Shown: piece after piece, positions 18,075-19,547 of the stretch | Position numbering within the stretch: the first letter of the stretch is position 1 | How the letters are laid out: each line of letters begins with the position of its first letter | Virus record (IMG/VR): IMGVR_UViG_2574180220_000004 | Strand: one strand, 5' to 3' | DNA: 19,547 bases | DNA from: a virus | Lineage: Duplodnaviria > Heunggongvirae > Uroviricota > Caudoviricetes | Notes under the pieces: model-generated | What the model was told of the DNA's origin: nothing | The model's input: only the letters and a program-made list of their open reading frames with translations | The model's database searches: none | Made by a program: the position numbers and the translations under genes

Positions 18075-19547
18075 ATGAGCGAGAAATTAAAGATAGTCTA
18101 TTCTACGTATTCTTCAGGCGCACCACGCTTACAGGTTTCCAAATCTGGTTTGTGGGGTTGTCATAATGGCACTGGCTGGTTGCCATTAGCTGTTGGGCAA
18201 GGAGGTACAGGTGCGACAACAGTAGAAGATGCGCGAAACAACTTAAGTCTTGGCGAAAGTAGCGCAGTTAAATTTAAAAACCTTACTTTAACCGAAGCGC
18301 TCGACACGACATTAGGACTGCTTACAAAAACAGGACGAGACTGGAACACGCAGCATACTGATAACATTAATAAATTTATACCAATTGCAGGCAGTACAAA
18401 CGGCCCGGCAGGTTCTATGGTTCTTGGCGGCATTCATGTTCAATTTAGTAAAAATTATGCTGTGCAGTTCGGAGGCCGCAATTCCGGTTTTTGGGGAAGA
18501 ACAGTTGAAAACGGAACGACGCAGGAATGGAAGAAATTACTAACAGTAGACGATCTAAATTCATCCACCGATCTTGCTGTCAGGTCATTAACCACATCTA
18601 ACCCGTTAAAATCTGGCGGAGGGCGGATTGATGTCCTTGGAAGCACGTCAGATTATAGCAAAATGGATTGCTTTGTACGTGGGTTTGATAGCACCGGTAA
18701 TTCTCTCGCGTGGGCGTTGGGTTCATCAGTCGGCGTAAGTAAGATGCTGTCGCTAAAAAATTTCTTTAGCGGAGCTGAGATACTGCTAAATGGTAATGAC
18801 GGCGCGGTTCAACTCAAAACAGGTGCTGTTAACGGGGCTAAAGCACAGGCGCTCACTATCAACAAGGATGAGGTTAACTCAACTGTTGATTTAACCCTTA
18901 CAAAGCAAACAGGGACTGGCAATCGTTTTGTTTTACAGAACTCAGGTAATGCAGAACTACCGTTTTCTGTCAGGGTGTGGGGTTCCAGTACTCGACAAAA
19001 CGTTTTTGAGGTTGGCACGTCTGCTGCGTATCTGTTTTATGCGCAAAAAACAACAGACGGGCAAAACCTTACTGTAAACGGAAGTGTTAACTGCACCACA
19101 CTGAATCAGTCATCAGACCGCAGACTGAAAGAAAATATCGAGATTATCGATAACGCGACTGACGCAATCCGCAAAATTAATGGATACACGTACACGCTCA
19201 AGGAGAATGGGGCACATTGCGCCGGGGTTATAGCCCAGGAAGTTGAAGAGGCCATCCCGGAGGCCGTTGGTTCATTCATCCATTACGGTGAAGAGTTGCA
19301 AGGCCCGACCGTTGACGGCAACGAGCTACGCGAAGAAACGCGCTATCTTAATGTTGACTACGCCGCCGTGACGGGTTTACTTGTTCAGGTCGCCCGTGAA
19401 ACAGATGATCGCGTTACCGCGCTGGAAGAGGAAAACACAACGCTACGTGAAAATCTGGCAACAGCAGACACCCGGATCAGCACTCTGGAAAATCAGGTAA
19501 GCGAACTGGTTGCACTTGTCCGGCAGTTAACAGGAAGCGAACATTGA
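18075..19547 (+). CDS. Tail-fibre/tail-spike-like protein with C-terminal intramolecular chaperone (peptidase S74-like) domain, 490 aa
   Basis: GGTGATT...ARNNLSLG fibre-type motif near the N-terminus; C-terminal SDRRLKENIEIIDNA...GYTYTLKENGAHCAGVIAQEVEE followed by a coiled coil, typical of auto-cleaving chaperone domains. Stop codon is the last triplet of the window. Confidence 0.75.
   Translation: MSEKLKIVYSTYSSGAPRLQVSKSGLWGCHNGTGWLPLAVGQGGTGATTVEDARNNLSLGESSAVKFKNLTLTEALDTTLGLLTKTGRDWNTQHTDNINKFIPIAGSTNGPAGSMVLGGIHVQFSKNYAVQFGGRNSGFWGRTVENGTTQEWKKLLTVDDLNSSTDLAVRSLTTSNPLKSGGGRIDVLGSTSDYSKMDCFVRGFDSTGNSLAWALGSSVGVSKMLSLKNFFSGAEILLNGNDGAVQLKTGAVNGAKAQALTINKDEVNSTVDLTLTKQTGTGNRFVLQNSGNAELPFSVRVWGSSTRQNVFEVGTSAAYLFYAQKTTDGQNLTVNGSVNCTTLNQSSDRRLKENIEIIDNATDAIRKINGYTYTLKENGAHCAGVIAQEVEEAIPEAVGSFIHYGEELQGPTVDGNELREETRYLNVDYAAVTGLLVQVARETDDRVTALEEENTTLRENLATADTRISTLENQVSELVALVRQLTGSEH

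Noticed and set aside
17876-18166. Plus-strand 96-aa ORF spanning the trkG end and the tail-fibre start
   Set aside because: Overlaps two better-supported genes in another frame; no recognisable features.

Overview
The whole window reads as one lambdoid (Rac-like) prophage of an Escherichia-type host, entered at the stop codon of its integrase. All product names below come from reading the supplied translations and recalling protein families; nothing was searched or computed, and all coordinates were counted by hand. Left arm, minus strand (1-6230): integrase, excisionase, ydaC-like, RalR toxin, RecT, RecE, RacC, YdaE, KilR. Then comes a coding-poor gap (6231-7021) with only a 50-codon gene and no recognisable repressor, Cro or O-like initiator. 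Plus-strand block (7022-9734): DnaC-like replication protein, a tandem winged-helix protein, two unknown proteins and a 27-codon hydrophobic micro-ORF. A convergent accessory island follows (9775-11644): KilA-N domain protein, a hok/gef-family toxin ORF that appears C-terminally truncated, and a small cupin-like gene. After an ~840 bp AT-rich ORF-free spacer come nin-like genes, a Q-like antiterminator, tRNA-Thr(UGU) and tRNA-Gly(UCC), a structured non-coding trailer with a strong terminator, and a phage-21-type lysis cassette (pinholin, extra DUF1327-like gene, SAR endolysin, Rz/Rz1). The window ends with trkG, split by a single-base frameshift in a T-run, and a tail-fibre-like protein with a C-terminal chaperone domain. 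No CRISPR array or IS element was seen. The best candidates for something undescribed are the KilA-N/hok/cupin island, the uncharacterised gene block at 7791-9734, and the structured RNA region downstream of the tRNAs.
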